From Octopus vulgaris (taxonomy: Eukaryota), in assembly GCA_951406725.2 (NCBI GenBank), contig OX597814.1, positions 21,390,001-21,454,000 on the forward strand: a stretch of 64,000 bases of DNA, in the 5' to 3' direction. A program made the position numbers and the translations under genes. The notes beneath the pieces were generated by a model. It was given only the letters and a program-made list of their open reading frames with translations. It made no database searches and had not been told where the DNA came from. Positions 13,409 through 27,088 of the stretch are shown one piece after another. Numbering within the stretch: the stretch's first letter is position 1; every line of letters begins with the position of its first letter.

Positions 13409-13899
13409 TTACCTTAGTAATCTCACTCAAATAATTGCCATTCATTTTCCTCACTATCACAACTTCCAATTATTTTGTAGCTATTATCCCCCAACTCTGA
13501 CACCTAAACACAAATCGAATACTACTTTGACAAGTTCCTTAACCCTTGGGGTGGATGGGGCGCTGCAGCCATGCAGCGTATCTAGGGCGCCAACACAACG
13601 TACTACCATTCAGATACTATCTATCCTACCCCTCCTATTTATCTCCTCACTTTTCTCCTCTACCACAACCTCTCTTAGTATCCTCATTATTAGCCTCTCC
13701 CTCTTCCTGAACTATCCACTTTCCTCTCGCCATTCCCTGTCTTAATACCCCCATAACCACATCGACCTTCATATTTCCCCCTCTAATTCAGCTATCTCTC
13801 CACATTTAATCATATATAAGAAAAAGAGGATTAAAATATACAGGCAGATACCAATAAAGCACTCAGTTTAAAAGAAAAATTATATATATATATATATAA

Positions 13900-14030
13900 G
13901 CAATAATAAATCTCTGAACGAGGTATAGACAGTAACTGCACGACAATGTGAAGTATATTTGCCATCTAAATATGGCTAACCACTAAGGGTGGATGTTACT
14001 GTAGCTTGTAGCCCCAGGTGAACATCTGTC
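13900..14030 (+). mobile_element. Truncated copy of the same fold-back family terminus, flanked by (TA)n
   Basis: GCAATAATAAATCTCTGAACGAG...GGCTAACCACTAAGG...TAGCCCCAGG aligns by eye with 55871-55990. Confidence 0.7.
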
Positions 14031-14116
<86 letters not shown>

Positions 14117-14140
14117 CATACATATATACACACACACACA

Positions 14141-14182
<42 letters not shown>

Positions 14183-14341
14183 GGCGCAGGCATGGCTCTG
14201 TGATAAGAAGCTTGCTTCCTAACCACATGGTTCCGGGTTAAGTCCGATTGCGTGGCGCCTTAGACAAGTGTCTTTGACTATAGCCTCGGGCCGACCAAAG
14301 CTTTATGAGGGGATTTGGTAGACGGAAACTGAAAGAAGCCC

Positions 14342-14384
<43 letters not shown>

Positions 14385-14531
14385 AAATAATTGCCTACCA
14401 AGTGTGGCGTCGTAAATGGGACAGAGCTACCCAAGGATGACATCTCTTCCAGCTGCTAACGACATACATTCTGTGTCCAATTAGTATTTGCGAGGAGATG
14501 TCATCGCTTCCATCCCTAGCCTTACGTGATG

Positions 14532-14576
14532 CACACGAACTCGAGCTTCTTGGTGGCTGCCCGTCCTCAGGGTGTG
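14532..14576 (-). ncRNA. Hammerhead ribozyme motif in left arm of fold-back element (decayed)
   Basis: Minus strand: CACAC-C-CUGAGGA-cgggcagccaccaa-GAAG-CUCGAG-UU-C-GUGUG. GAAA has become GAAG. Confidence 0.55.
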
Positions 14577-14784
14577 TTAATCACCAGCTAGTGATGAAAA
14601 CTCATCACTTTTTTCTGGCGACGAATCGTCGCTGATCTGAAAAAAGGAGGATTAAACTATATTAAATTTCTGAGCGGGATGTAAACAGCAGCAATACGGA
14701 ATCGTAACATATAATTGCCAACCAAGTGTATAGCACATAGTATTTTGCGAGTGGGATGAGTTTTCATCACTAGCTGGAGATTAA

Positions 14785-14829
14785 CACACCCTGAGGACGG
14801 GTAACCACCCAGAAACTCGAATCCGTGTG
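14785..14829 (+). ncRNA. Hammerhead ribozyme motif in right arm of fold-back element (slightly decayed)
   Basis: CACAC-C-CUGAGGA-C-GGGU(aacc)ACCC-A-GAAA-CUCGAA-UC-C-GUGUG. Helix III is one change from the palindrome ACUCGAGU. Confidence 0.65.
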
Positions 14830-15563
14830 TATCACGTAAGGCTAATGAGGGGAGCGATGACCTCCCCTCCCAAATACTAATAGGACACAGAATGTGTGTC
14901 GTTAGCCAGCTGGAAGAGATGTCTTCCTGGGGTTATAAATGCCAGTAGCACTGTCCCATGTAGGACGCCACACTTGGTTAGCATTCCGTATTACTACTGT
15001 TTACATCTCGCTCAGAGATTATATATATATATGTGTGTATATATATATGTGTGTGTGTGTGTGTGCGTGTGTGTGTGTGTGCATATATATATGTATGAAT
15101 ATATATTTATATGTATGTATGCATGTAAATATATTTATGTGTGTGTCTTTGGGTATGTGTTTGTCCGTACCCCACCATCGTTGACAACCGATGTTGGTGT
15201 GTTTATGTCCCCGAAACTTAGCGGTTCGGCAAAAGAAAACGATATAATAAGTACTAAGCTGACAAGGAATTAGTCTTGGGGTCGATTTCTTCGACTAAAG
15301 GCGGTGCTCCAGCATGGCTGCAGTCAAATGATTGAACGTGTAAAAGATATATATATATATATTATATTAAATTAGAGATAAAACCACTATTAGGCAAATC
15401 AAACAATGAAAAACTTAAGCCAATACATAAAATTAATTAATTTATATTATTTTAAATATATATCAAAATTATTAAAAGTTTATATATATATTATATATAT
15501 ATATCAAAAGAGGTTTTATTTCCACGCTGACCACCTGGTAAAGATCATTAATGAATTTTACTC

Positions 15564-15821
<258 letters not shown>

Positions 15822-15989
15822 GGCGCAAGAGTGTGTGTGTGGTGAGAAGCTTGCTTCCCAAACACATGGTTCCTGGTTCAGTCCCACTGCGTGGTACCTT
15901 AGGCAAGTGTCTTCAACTATTGCCTCGGATTGACCAAAACCTTGTGAGTAGATTTGGTAGACGGAAACTGAAAGAAGCCCGTCGTAAAC

Positions 15990-16025
<36 letters not shown>

Positions 16026-16869
16026 GCGTATGTATATGTTTGTGTGTCTGTTTTTCCTCCCAACATCGCCTGACAACAAATGTTGGTGTGTTGACGTAAA
16101 CTAGCGGTTCGGCAAAAGAGAGCGACAGAATAAGTACAAGGCTTACAAAGATTAAGTCCTGGGTTTCGATGTGTTCGACTAAAGACAGTGCTTCAGTATG
16201 GCCGCAGTCAAATGTCTAAAACAAGTGAAAGAATAATAGAATAAAGAGAATAAAAAGAATATATATCGGCGCGGGCGTGAATGGGTGGTAAGGAGTTATA
16301 TGCGCATGCGTGGTTGTATGATAAGAAGCTTGCTTCCCAACCGCATGCTTCTGGATTCAGCGCACCTGGGGCAAGTGTCTTCTACTATAGCCTCGAGCTT
16401 ACAAAAGCCCTGTGAGTAGATTTGGTCGATGGAAACTGAAAGAAGCCCGTCCTATATATATATATGTGTGTATTTTTTATGTGTGTGTGCCTTTGTGTCT
16501 GTATTTGTCCGCTTGATAACTGATGTTGGTGTATTTAACTTAGCGATTCGGCAAAAGTTGACGATAGAATAAATACTAGGCTTACAAAGAATAAGCCCTG
16601 GGGTCGATTTTTTCGACTAAATCCCTTCAAGGCGGTGCTCCAAAATGGCCGCAGTCAAATGACTGAAACAAGTAAAAGATAAAAGATTATATATATATAG
16701 ACACAGGTGTTGCTGTGTAGTAAGACATTTGCTTCCCAGCGACATTGCATTGTTCTGCGTTCAGTTGTTTTGTGTGGCACTTATGCAAGCATCTTCTATT
16801 ATAGCCTCGAGCCAACAAAAAACTTATGAGTTGATTAGGTGGTCGGAAACTGAAAGAAACCCATCGTTC

Positions 16870-16903
<34 letters not shown>

Positions 16904-17090
16904 ATTGGCGTTGGAGTTTGTATCTGTGTTTATCTCCCCCACACTGCTTGAAAATTGGTGTTGGTATGTCTACTTACCAGATAGAATATGTTTTTAAACA
17001 AATAAATACTAGGGCCAATTCGTTTGGCCAAGACTCTTCTGGGCGGTGCTACAGTATGGCCTCGGCCTAACGGCTGAAAGAAATAATAGA
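15822..17090 (+). mobile_element. Three head-to-tail SINE family 1 copies (15822-16260, 16268-16687, 16700-17090)
   Basis: Each has the head, the GGAAACTGAAAGAA segment, internal (TA)n and tail. The third is the most diverged. Confidence 0.85.
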
Positions 17091-17689
17091 TCAAGCACAT
17101 ATATATGTGTGCGCCTCTGTGTGTGTGTTTGTGTATGTGCGTGTACGTGCATGTATGTATACTCAGACAATATTTGTCGAACCATCGTTTCTGTTTACAC
17201 ACATATATATATGGTCTATGTATCCCAGATATTATATATGTATGTGTGTACACACGTACCATATCTAAGCCTTACCAACTCGCCTGAATATTCTTCAAGA
17301 ATTCGCTCTAAAGTTATAATCCACTACAATTTGCATCGCCTGTGTTTTCCGCATATTTCGAGTATATTACTTTAGTTTTCTTCGTTTATACCCAGTGGGA
17401 CGTTTTGTCTACTATTTACGGGGATAATCTTCGTATAGCGAAGTGTTTTCTACTTACTAAATACCATACGTAAGACCCTGTTGTATGTATAATGAAAAAC
17501 TGATTGACAAGCTTACTGTAAAAATTAAGTTTTATGTAGAAAGGCATGCATGAGTCGGCTCACTATTTTCGTGGCTTCGATTGCGTCACATTAGACAAAA
17601 GAAACGCGACAGTGAAGTAGAATAGAGAAGCAGTATAATTTGAATACTGTAAACTATCTGTTATTACAGGATTCAGGAAGATGTCGGTG

Positions 17690-17828
17690 AGTATAATGAT
17701 AGAGATGAATATGACAATGACGATAACTGTGAAGATAGCAGCCAGGGTGATACCATCAGCAAGAATGATGATCATGACGATGATGATCATGATGCCCATC
17801 GCGATGACGACGGCAGTGTTGGTGGCAG

Positions 17829-17861
<33 letters not shown>

Positions 17862-17950
17862 TGGTGGTGGTGGTTGTGGTGGTGGTTGTGGTGGTGGTGG
17901 TGGTGATGATGATGATGATGATGATGATGATAATGGTGACGGCGACTACG
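17690..17950. repeat. Degenerate GAT/GGT trinucleotide repeat
   Basis: Read directly from the sequence. Confidence 0.9.
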
Positions 17951-18684
17951 ACGATTTTCGATTAAGTCTGAAAGCCTGAGTGATGCACATGGAAAATAAG
18001 CATTGGCACAGTGAATGTATACACTTTAACGAAGCGAAATATATAGTTTTCAATAAGTCGCAATAAACTCTTTAGTAAGAAATGCGAATATTGGTGTCAG
18101 TCTCTATCGATGAACAGAAAGGTTATATTCCTCTTAGAAACATAATAAAGTTGCAACTCAAACAGATTTAGGTTCCTTACCATAATCTTACTAATAGTAA
18201 TATATCAAATACAGATTCGATGTGTTTGAACACCAAATAACACGAACAAATTATAAACTTATCTACAATAAGTGAATACATAGAAACATAAATACACACG
18301 CATACAGCTACGTGTATATATGCATATATAAAACACGCGTACATATAGATATATGTATGTATGATTTTTGTTGGAGTGTAATTTAAGTTCTACTTGAGAA
18401 AGTTCAAAACGGTTGCTAACAAAGCAGCAAGACTTTTTGAGTTAAGAGAATTTTCGAAGTTTGTAAATATGTGGTTGGGTTGGAGTGTTGGTTGAACTGT
18501 CGATGCATACATCCATCTACTCACATAAGAATCTCATATGGAGAAATTTTGGAATGTCTAGCGAATCTTGAGAGTACCACTAATAGATTGGATTTGGAGA
18601 ACCCGTGTCAGTTTCTTTTGCTCTTTTCTCACGAAACCGAGTAATTCTAGTTTTTTTTGTGCAAATTTGTATGTAGGTATGTAT

Positions 18685-18875
18685 CAGGAATGGTTGAGTG
18701 GTAAGTAGCTTGCTTACCAACCACATGTTTCCGGGTTCATTCCCACTGCATGGTACCTTGGGCAAGTGTCTTCTACTATAGCCTCGGGCCGACCAAAGCC
18801 TTGTGAGTGGATTTAGTAGACGGAAACTGAAAGAAGCCTGTCGTATATATGTATATATATATGTATATATATATG

Positions 18876-18908
<33 letters not shown>

Positions 18909-19107
18909 CTGTGTTTGTCCCCCAACATCGCTTGACGACCGATGCTGGTGTGTTTACGTCCCCGTAACTTAGCGGTTCGGCATAAGAGACCGATAGAATA
19001 AGTACTAGCCTTACAAAGAATAAGTCCTGGGGTCGATTTGCTCGACTAAAGGCGGTGCTCTAGCATGGCCGCAGTCAAATGACTGAAACAAGTAAAGAGA
19101 GTAAAAA
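18685..19107 (+). mobile_element. SINE family 1, full length
   Basis: Collinear with 9515-9960. Confidence 0.9.
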
Positions 19108-19208
19108 GTATGTATGTATGTATGTATGCATACATGCATGCATGTATGTATGTATGTATCTATGTATGCAAGTATGTATGTATGTATGTATGTATGTATG
19201 TATGTATG

Positions 19209-19239
<31 letters not shown>

Positions 19240-20939
19240 GTATGCAAGTATGTATGTGTGCATGTATTTATTTATGTACGTATGTATAAGAGTAAAGAAT
19301 AGGGTATAACTTGGTACTCCTTTATTCTAAATGTAACATATGTTTCAGTATTCGGTAACACAAGATATCACACTAAAGTGGCAACCAATAGAAGCAGCTT
19401 ATAGACTTGTATAAATCTTTATATGTTTGTAAGTATATGTGTGTATGAATGATATGTATTGTCTTCTTTCAACAAGGCCTCGTGTTATGGTTGTCGTCTC
19501 ATCAGAAAATACAGTTTTCTATGACGAAACGAGAAGCGTAACAACTAGCCATATTGTTAGAAGACGATAAATTGTAAGTATCCTTACTCTGTGAGTGACT
19601 TTGAGTTTTTTCCTATCTTAGTATGCAGAATGCATCCCTGATATAATTTCCTCAAAATACGTGTGTGTGTATGTGTGTGTGTGTGAGACGATGTGTGTGT
19701 GTGTGAGACGATGTGTGTGTGTGTGAGACGATGTGCGTGTACATATGTGTACATGTATGTATGTATGTATGTATGTATGTATGTATGTATGTATGTATGT
19801 ATGTATGTATGTATGTATGTATGTATGTATGTATGTATGAATGTATGTATGTGTGTATGTATGTATGTATGTATGTATGTATTTCTTTATATTGTGATGT
19901 CTTCAGACTGTTTCCCAAAGAATATGTAGGAATTATCTGGTTGCTGCAAGATGCAGCGACTCTAAGTGTGATTTGGAAGAAATGCTTATTGCTAATTTTA
20001 CGATCGAGTCACAGAACGGATGATGATGAGAGCAGAGGAAAGTTACAACTTGCTTGGAACGTAGCTTGCTACTTCTAAGTATTTAGATAATAATATAACA
20101 AAAGTGACAGAGAAGATAAAGTATGGCTGTATGCAGGACACCTTTTGTTCATTCAGCCAGGTGTGTGTTTTTTATGTGGACGGGGATGTTTATGTGTACT
20201 GTAGCAGCTATTGAACGCACCTGGCCTTTGTAGAAAGCGAACAACTAATCCGTGTTTAGGTATTATTTGGTCTTTCTCAAGCCTTTGTGGGGCAGTTTTG
20301 GCAATGTTGTTGAACTAGTGTCAATAAGAAATCCTGATCCCATATTGAGCAAGAGGTGAGTCTCAATGTGGTCGCTGGAATCAACATCAGCTTCTAGATG
20401 ACAGGAAGGCACTTATCACAATTTGCCTTAAATATAGACAAGACGAGATGACCATGTCTAAGATGGGGTGAAACAAGAACAAAAGCAACAACAGCAAGAA
20501 ATATTGTAAGGCTTAACCATTATAGAAACTATGAAGCTAATTCGTTTATCGTAAGTAGATAGATATATTAGGGTGTTGTAAGCAGTAACTGATATGTATG
20601 AATGTGAGTGTGGTGTGTGTATGTGTGTGTGTACTAAGATTCACTTGATTTTTGTAAAAGAGATTTAAGGTGTTATTTTTCCATTGGGTGTGAAGTTAGT
20701 ATACAAATGACACTTGTATGCAGAAGATTATGGAATGAGGTTAACCCCGTATAGGATCGTGCTTAGGTAGAAATAAACAGCAGCAAGGGAAGACGATTTC
20801 TGTTCAAAGCAGCTGGTGGAAAGCATTCTGATCGTCACTGAGAAATGATAAGTAATCAAAGTGATATAGTAAATATTAAATGTGAAAGCACACAACTATA
20901 TGTATACATACGTATACACATATATGCTTGTGTACGCAT

Positions 20940-20980
<41 letters not shown>

Positions 20981-21110
20981 TTATAATAAAGGGTTAATTG
21001 AAACAAGTTGCTCAAAACCACATACCGAAAATATTAGAAATAGCAGCCAAATTGATCACTATTTCTCCTACTAATAAAAAAGTTTCCACAAACAAACAGA
21101 ATTTGTTTTT

Positions 21111-21159
<49 letters not shown>

Positions 21160-21357
21160 ATAGTAAATAGGGTGATAAAAAATAAATTATTATTACCAGT
21201 GATCCAACACAAAAGACGAATTAGTCATTAGACTATATATTATTCATATAGAAATACAATAAAGGCTTCTAAATAAAGAAGCGCTGTGCTAGGCACACAA
21301 AAAGGGATAAATTCATGAAAGGAATGAAAATTAAAAACGTTTACCATCTCAGCTAAT

Positions 21358-21430
21358 CCTAGACCGACGGTTTCATCTATTTTTAACAAATAAACAGAAT
21401 TTATCTGCCAAGGCAAGAATCATCAGTAGG
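21358..21430 (-). ncRNA. Type-I hammerhead ribozyme motif, complete core
   Basis: Minus strand: CCUA-CUGAUGA-UUCU...AGAU-GAA-ACCGUCGGU-C-UAGG. Helix I CCUA/UAGG, quasi-palindromic helix III ACCG-U-CGGU, GUC triplet. Lies about 100 bp from a Penelope-like remnant. Confidence 0.75.
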
Positions 21431-21495
21431 GAGCCTTCGTAATCCTAGATGTACAGACCGTTAGAAGCACGTGCAAATCTAACGATTTGTATACC

Positions 21496-21531
<36 letters not shown>

Positions 21532-21534
21532 GCC

Positions 21535-22445
21535 TCCATTCTCTTTCCAGTTTAAATCTGTATCCAAGCTATTTTTCAAAATTCTTAGTTCTAGTTTCCT
21601 ATCTCACCATAAGTATTCCCTCATCTTTCATAAATCTTCGATTAAAATCTTGTACTCTACAAGACTAAACATGGGATTTATAATTGCCTCTTCCAGGAGG
21701 CATAAACTAAGCTACCTTACTGTGGACCCTACGAATTATCCGCCTGGACCCTCCACCCCACCCTACCCACTAGATACTAATATTATGAGATTCGGGAACC
21801 CTAATCAATTCAATAATAGCAACCCTGGTACCACCGCCTCTAGTATTAGTAACCCTAGCACATGTGACAGTGGTGACGCCCTCTTCCGACCCCTACCAGT
21901 AACAGTAACACCTCCAGTCATGCTTCAAGGATAACGGATCATATGAATCAGATCAGAATAGGGATCAACCTTAAGCCCACCACCAGTGAGGAAACCTGTG
22001 ATTGTCGGGTGTCCCAACTATGTCCGTTGGCTTTTGTTTACACTATAAATGCCGAGTAATAACCCCACATTCCTACCAGGCTAGGGTCTATATTGGTAGT
22101 ACTGTTGATTTCCAGCGGCTCAACCGGGCTCATATGAGTTCGTTCTCAAATAGAGCCTCTAAACTCTCTACCTCCCTACCTACATATATACACCACCTCA
22201 AGTCTCAAAATATTACCTACACCTTTTCATAGTACGTAGTTTATAATATATAATAATGAAATTATTGTATACAGTGCTCAGGTGCGCACCACAGTGCTCA
22301 GGTGGGTCTTCCCCGTACAGTACTAATCACAATGTTTGTAAGCTGTATTGCAGGGAGTAGCTCGCTATCCTTCGCCATCATAATACCTCGTTAGGCGATA
22401 AGTTCTCTGACGTAATTTTTTCGTATGTGCATAAATTTTATTCCA
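21535..22445 (+). mobile_element. Decayed Penelope-like retroelement, 3' coding region (RT thumb/linker and GIY-YIG endonuclease)
   Basis: Translates as FFKILSSSFLSHHKYSLIFHKSSIKILYSTRLNM, then HYKCRV...VYIGSTVDFQR..RAHMSSF...STSLPTYIHHLK, then PYSTNHNVCKLYCRE*LAI. This fits the Penelope GIY-YIG pattern; stops and frameshifts are present. Confidence 0.8.
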
Positions 22446-24208
22446 TGTTTGCTCATTAACATAACGCGTTTATGATTTATCCTAATTGCGATTACGCCCT
22501 TACTTATTATTCAGCTATGCTAGTAACATTTTCTTTTTCTACTCTCCTTGAACCATTGTTTCTGTCTCAGCATATCTTCCTCATCCACTTCCCACCCATA
22601 TTCCTTTTGTTCATTGCTTACCTCTTCCTGTCGGTATAGACAGCTACCAACCCTAATTGATTTAAAGTTTTTAAAATGAGGTGTCTGTATGTATGTATGT
22701 ATTGTAATAACGAGCGAAAAATCGCCTGTATGGCAATTTTCTCTGGACCGTATATAATTTCCTGGCGAGCTATTTTTTTTTCTTTATTTGCAATTTAGTT
22801 TTCAAATTTTGACAGGCGTCCCAAATTGAATTTCTCTTTGTATGATAGTATATCAAAATATAGTGAAGTCAATAAATTGAACAAGATATTCATTCATTTT
22901 AATGCCGCTTTTTAAACAATAAATTTCCCATTGTATAAATTTCTGCTTTATCGCATGAAATTAATATTTGTCTCCGTTTCTCTCAAGAAATAGATGCTAA
23001 ACTCGCTTTCAGATAAATGTACAGAGATAAATGTGCTAGTAGAATACTTAAGTTAAAATGATTTTGTCTGATATTATCGACGTATGTGAGATGAAATGGC
23101 TACAAGTGGTATTAACACACTTTAATGGAGTCCATATACATGAAACCTATCTTTACATTGCGAAACTCCTCAACAACGGCATTTATTAACATGAAACATT
23201 CTCAGATAATATCATACACAAGGAGAGAAGACAAGATATTTTAAATAAGATAATTTCATTTCTAAGTAGCAAGTACTCTTAATAAATGCTAATTCTGAAT
23301 TATAAAACAAGAAAAACAATTTAACCAGTTTGTTTTATCTTTATCGAAAGCATTAACTTTGTTCATTTCATGTTATTAATGTTTTGGTTGTTTTTTTTTT
23401 TTTTTTTTTTTGCAGAATAAGTATTATGTATAAATTAGCTTACTATACTGCATTTACATTGAAAATACTGTTGAGAACAACACTATACCAATATCTGCTT
23501 AGTACACGATAGATTTACCTTGGTTGGAATTACCATTAGAGTAGCAATTCGAGCAATTTACTCGAAATATTTGGTTGTAAATGATATTGAAGCTTTGAGA
23601 TTTCGAGAACACACGCGTGTTGTTTGCCTGTAGTTTAGACTACTACATTCGTATTGTTCGCTCGAAATGTTTATATATCTAATTTCAAAGGTTCCCAGAT
23701 TGAAACAAGAGAACATTATCTCAATGAAATATGTTACATATGGTCAATTTCATGTTTTAATTTATCCTCAGAGTTCTACAGTTCAGTTTGAATTTTTAAT
23801 TTGGTGTACAAAGCTAATTCAGAAATATGTGGAGTTAGCATTAGATGAACGAATTTACAACATTGTATTGAACCTAAAAAGAATAAAATACATTTATTTA
23901 TGCATTGATGATTTTATTAGCGGGATAATTAATAACAATCAATGTATTAATGAATAAAGTGTTATCTAAAAACATGAACGATCCTAGTTGCTTGAAGCTA
24001 GGATCGCAAAACATCCTTTATTTGTAACAGCAAACAATGATATTCTATGTCATACAACTAGGATAATGGTGGACATTTCGTATATAAAGACAGTTTCCTG
24101 GGATATTCTAGAATGCTCGCGTCCACTTCCGTTTCTCGCGCTCCCTCTATTATCATACAAATATATACATCTGTTATCATGCAAATGTATACATCTATTA
24201 TCATACAA

Positions 24209-24240
<32 letters not shown>

Positions 24241-24441
24241 ATATACACGCATACGCACACATACACACATATATACATACATTTGTATTGATATGTGTGA
24301 ATATGCATATACAATTACATATGTGTATATATGTATACACACTCACACATATATATATATATACACACACACGCACATATACATATATGTGTGTGTGAGC
24401 GTGTGTTTGTGTGTACATACACATGTGTGCGCGTGTTGTAG

Positions 24442-24472
<31 letters not shown>

Positions 24473-24789
24473 GATCCGGATTATAGTTGGAATACAGCCA
24501 TCCACTTGATGAATAGTCGGATACAACCGTAATCAGAAGTGGTATTGGGTAACGAAAGTAACGAATACGATGCCAACGATGTTGAATGGATGAATGAATC
24601 GATGGATCAATATATTATCCGAGATTTATTAGTAGTATTACAGTTTATTCAGTTGAAGCTTTTTTTATGATTCGGTGATCATTGTATTCTATAGTTTAAG
24701 CAGCGGTGTGAGTTTGCTCGCTAGTAGTGCAATGGAAAGAAGCAGAAACAACTATAGTAGCGGTAAAAGGAGCAGAAAAAAACACTAAT

Positions 24790-25050
24790 ATTATCGTTGT
24801 CATTGTTATTGTTGTAGTTGTTTTTGTTGGTGGTTGTGGTGGTAGTGGTGGTGGCTTAGTAGTAGTAGTAGTAGTAGCTGTTGTTGTTGTTGTTGGTGGT
24901 GGTGGGGGTGGTAGCGGTGAAGGTGGTAGTGGTGGTGGTGGGGGTGGTAGCGGTGAAGGTGGTAGTGGTGGTGGTTTGGTAGTAGTAGTAGTAGTAGTAG
25001 TAGTTGCTGTTGTTGTTGCTGTTGTCATTCTTGTTGTTTTGTTGTTGTTA
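24790..25050. repeat. GTT/GGT/GTA trinucleotide array with a duplicated 33 bp G-rich unit
   Basis: GGTGGTGGTGGGGGTGGTAGCGGTGAAGGTGGT occurs twice. Confidence 0.9.
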
Positions 25051-25404
25051 TTTAACCTCACGTTCAGCCCTAATTGAATAAACCTATATTCAACGCCTCA
25101 CAGCTATGACTGTCTCATTATAAGATAAGGGAAGTTTTGACTGTTTTTTCTAGCATCTTGAGTTACCACGTAAAGGCGTACTCATTGAAGCAATATTTGC
25201 ATATCAGACAGGGAGTCATATTTTTTGTGATCTAAGCTTTTATATAAATGATTACTACTGTGAATGTCGAAGGCAGATGGACATTTTTGGGAAGCTACTT
25301 TTCAAAGCGCTATTTTGTAGTAGTTTATATTTTAGCAATAACAGTAATGGTTTTTACTTGTGTTTTGTGTTCATATTTAAAGGGATTATAAATCAAGATT
25401 GTGA

Positions 25405-25680
25405 AGGGGTGTGGTCCAGGGGTTAACGTGTTGCAGTTAAGGTTATAGTTTAGATGCCCAAACTTGATGCTGCGTTGTGTTCTTGAGCAAAACACTTCTT
25501 TTCACGTTGCTCCAGTCTACCCAGCTAAGAATGAGCTCCAACAATAACTACGAAGTTTACCCTACGACAATCGGTATCCCATTCGGGTGGGCGTGTAGCT
25601 TCAGTTACTTATACACTTTGGTAACCGAGCTGAACTCCGGCTTTATGCGTCCTAGGACTCATGACAGGTTTAAATCTAAG
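25405..25680 (+). mobile_element. Old tRNA-head SINE (third family)
   Basis: Decayed A/B boxes followed by GCGTTGTGTTCTTGAGCAAAACACTT...CACGTTGCTC; a related copy lies at 35870-36140 (-). Confidence 0.55.
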
Positions 25681-26215
25681 TAAGCAATTCAAGATTGTTT
25701 CAGGAAATGAGTAATGTGCGCCATTTTCACGACGAAAGAAACTATGTTGCCATTGGAGAATTGCTTAACAGTTTAATAACTAAACCAGCGCATGCACAAT
25801 CACTCGCTCTTTCTCTCCTTCCCCCTCTCTTTCTCTCTTTCTCTTTCTCTCATTAGATGAGGCTTACATCCACTCTTACGAACAATTTTAAACAACAATT
25901 CTCACGATAAACAAAACAAAATGCGCCGGTTTTTTTTTTCTACCCCAAAACTTTAATCTCGCTTTGATTGCAATAACAGAATTAGTAATCCAGATATTAG
26001 AATGCACATTGTAATGATCTTTATAAAATTATCAGTTTCATGACATTAAGTTTAAGATATCAATTTCAATTGCCAAATATCCATTGTAAAATTTGAATTT
26101 TAGATTTAAAATTAATCTGAAAATGTCAATTTTAAAACATAATTCGTCCATTAGAATCTTAGACGCAATTATCTCAGAAGCCAATATGATCCACACGTAT
26201 TATATTGCAACGCAT

Positions 26216-26430
26216 AAGGCAGCGAGCTGGCAGAACCATTAACGCATAGGAAACAATACTTAGAGACATTTCTTCCGGCTTTTTACGTCTTCAGTTCAAA
26301 TTCTGCCAAAGTCGACTTGGCCTTTCATCCTTTGGAGGGCGATAAAATTTGTACCAGCTGGGCACTGGGGTCTATGTAATTGACCTCATCCTACCCCCCA
26401 AAGTTTTGGCTGTACGCCCAAAATTAGAAT
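26216..26430 (+). mobile_element. SINE family 2-related copy
   Basis: AAGGCAGCGAGCTGGCAGAA...AGTTCAAATTCTGCC..AGTCGACTTGGCCTTTCATCC. Confidence 0.8.
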
Positions 26431-27088
26431 TTTATTGAAACAGATCTTACGTATCTAGAATCCATGAACAAACATTCATGTTATATAGTATTTACAGTTA
26501 TTGCTGTTATCGTCGTCTTGGCTACTGATATTGTTGTTTATGTTTTTTTTGTTGTTGTTGTGGTTACCCCTAAGTCAACCCAGATTAAGCAGATCTGTAA
26601 CCAAATACAGTACATCTAAGACTTCATTAATCAGTGTCACCTTTTCTTAAAGTCACTTCTGAGTAAGTTCATGGAGATTTGGCCGCTATTTCTACAGCAC
26701 TGAATGAGACGTAAGGGCCCCTGTCGCTTGGCTCATTCTCTATAGTTTTTTTACCATTTCTGTAACATTGATTTTACCATTTCCCCTTAAACTCGCTAGC
26801 CGTATGCAGTGTATATTCTTATTTACTTTTTGAATTTTTAAACTTTCTCTTTTGCTCCATGGATATACTTTATCTAAAATTCTACGTCGAACATTTCGAA
26901 ATGTCTTTATATCTGAGAAGTCCTTTTCTGCATGAAACTAATTCCTTTATATGTTTTGCTGCACAATTATAACCATCCAACTCCTTTATCAATTCTAGAC
27001 AAATGAAACAGATGTAGCCCTAACCTACATAGCTCTGCAGCAAGGAAGCTTATTATGCAATCAGGTGGAAACTTACCATATTCATTTA

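Larger units (their letters stand above)
14387..15020. mobile_element. Fold-back element (~220 bp inverted arms) inserted in the (TA)n of a SINE; probably non-autonomous Penelope-like terminal repeats
   Basis: 14389-14609 is the diverged reverse complement of 14755-14986. Both arms carry a hammerhead and both flanks are (TA)n. The terminus AATCTCTGA-CGAGATGTAAACAGTA is shared with 13900 and 55871. Confidence 0.75.
14183..15346 (+). mobile_element. SINE family 1 split into 14183-14343 and 15140-15346 by the fold-back insertion
   Basis: 5' and 3' halves are collinear on either side of the (TA)n-flanked insert. Confidence 0.8.

Noticed and set aside
19455-19510. Minus-strand CUGAUGA...GAAA with a weak helix II
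   Set aside because: No helix III/NUH and no helix I partner after GAAA.
23390-23420. Strong T-tract plus GCAG, like a splice acceptor
   Set aside because: No convincing exon or open frame follows; T-runs are common here.
24696-25077. Proline/threonine-rich (mucin- or extensin-like) and glycine-rich ORFs
   Set aside because: Both strands are open only because of a GGT/GTT/GTA repeat; no exon evidence.
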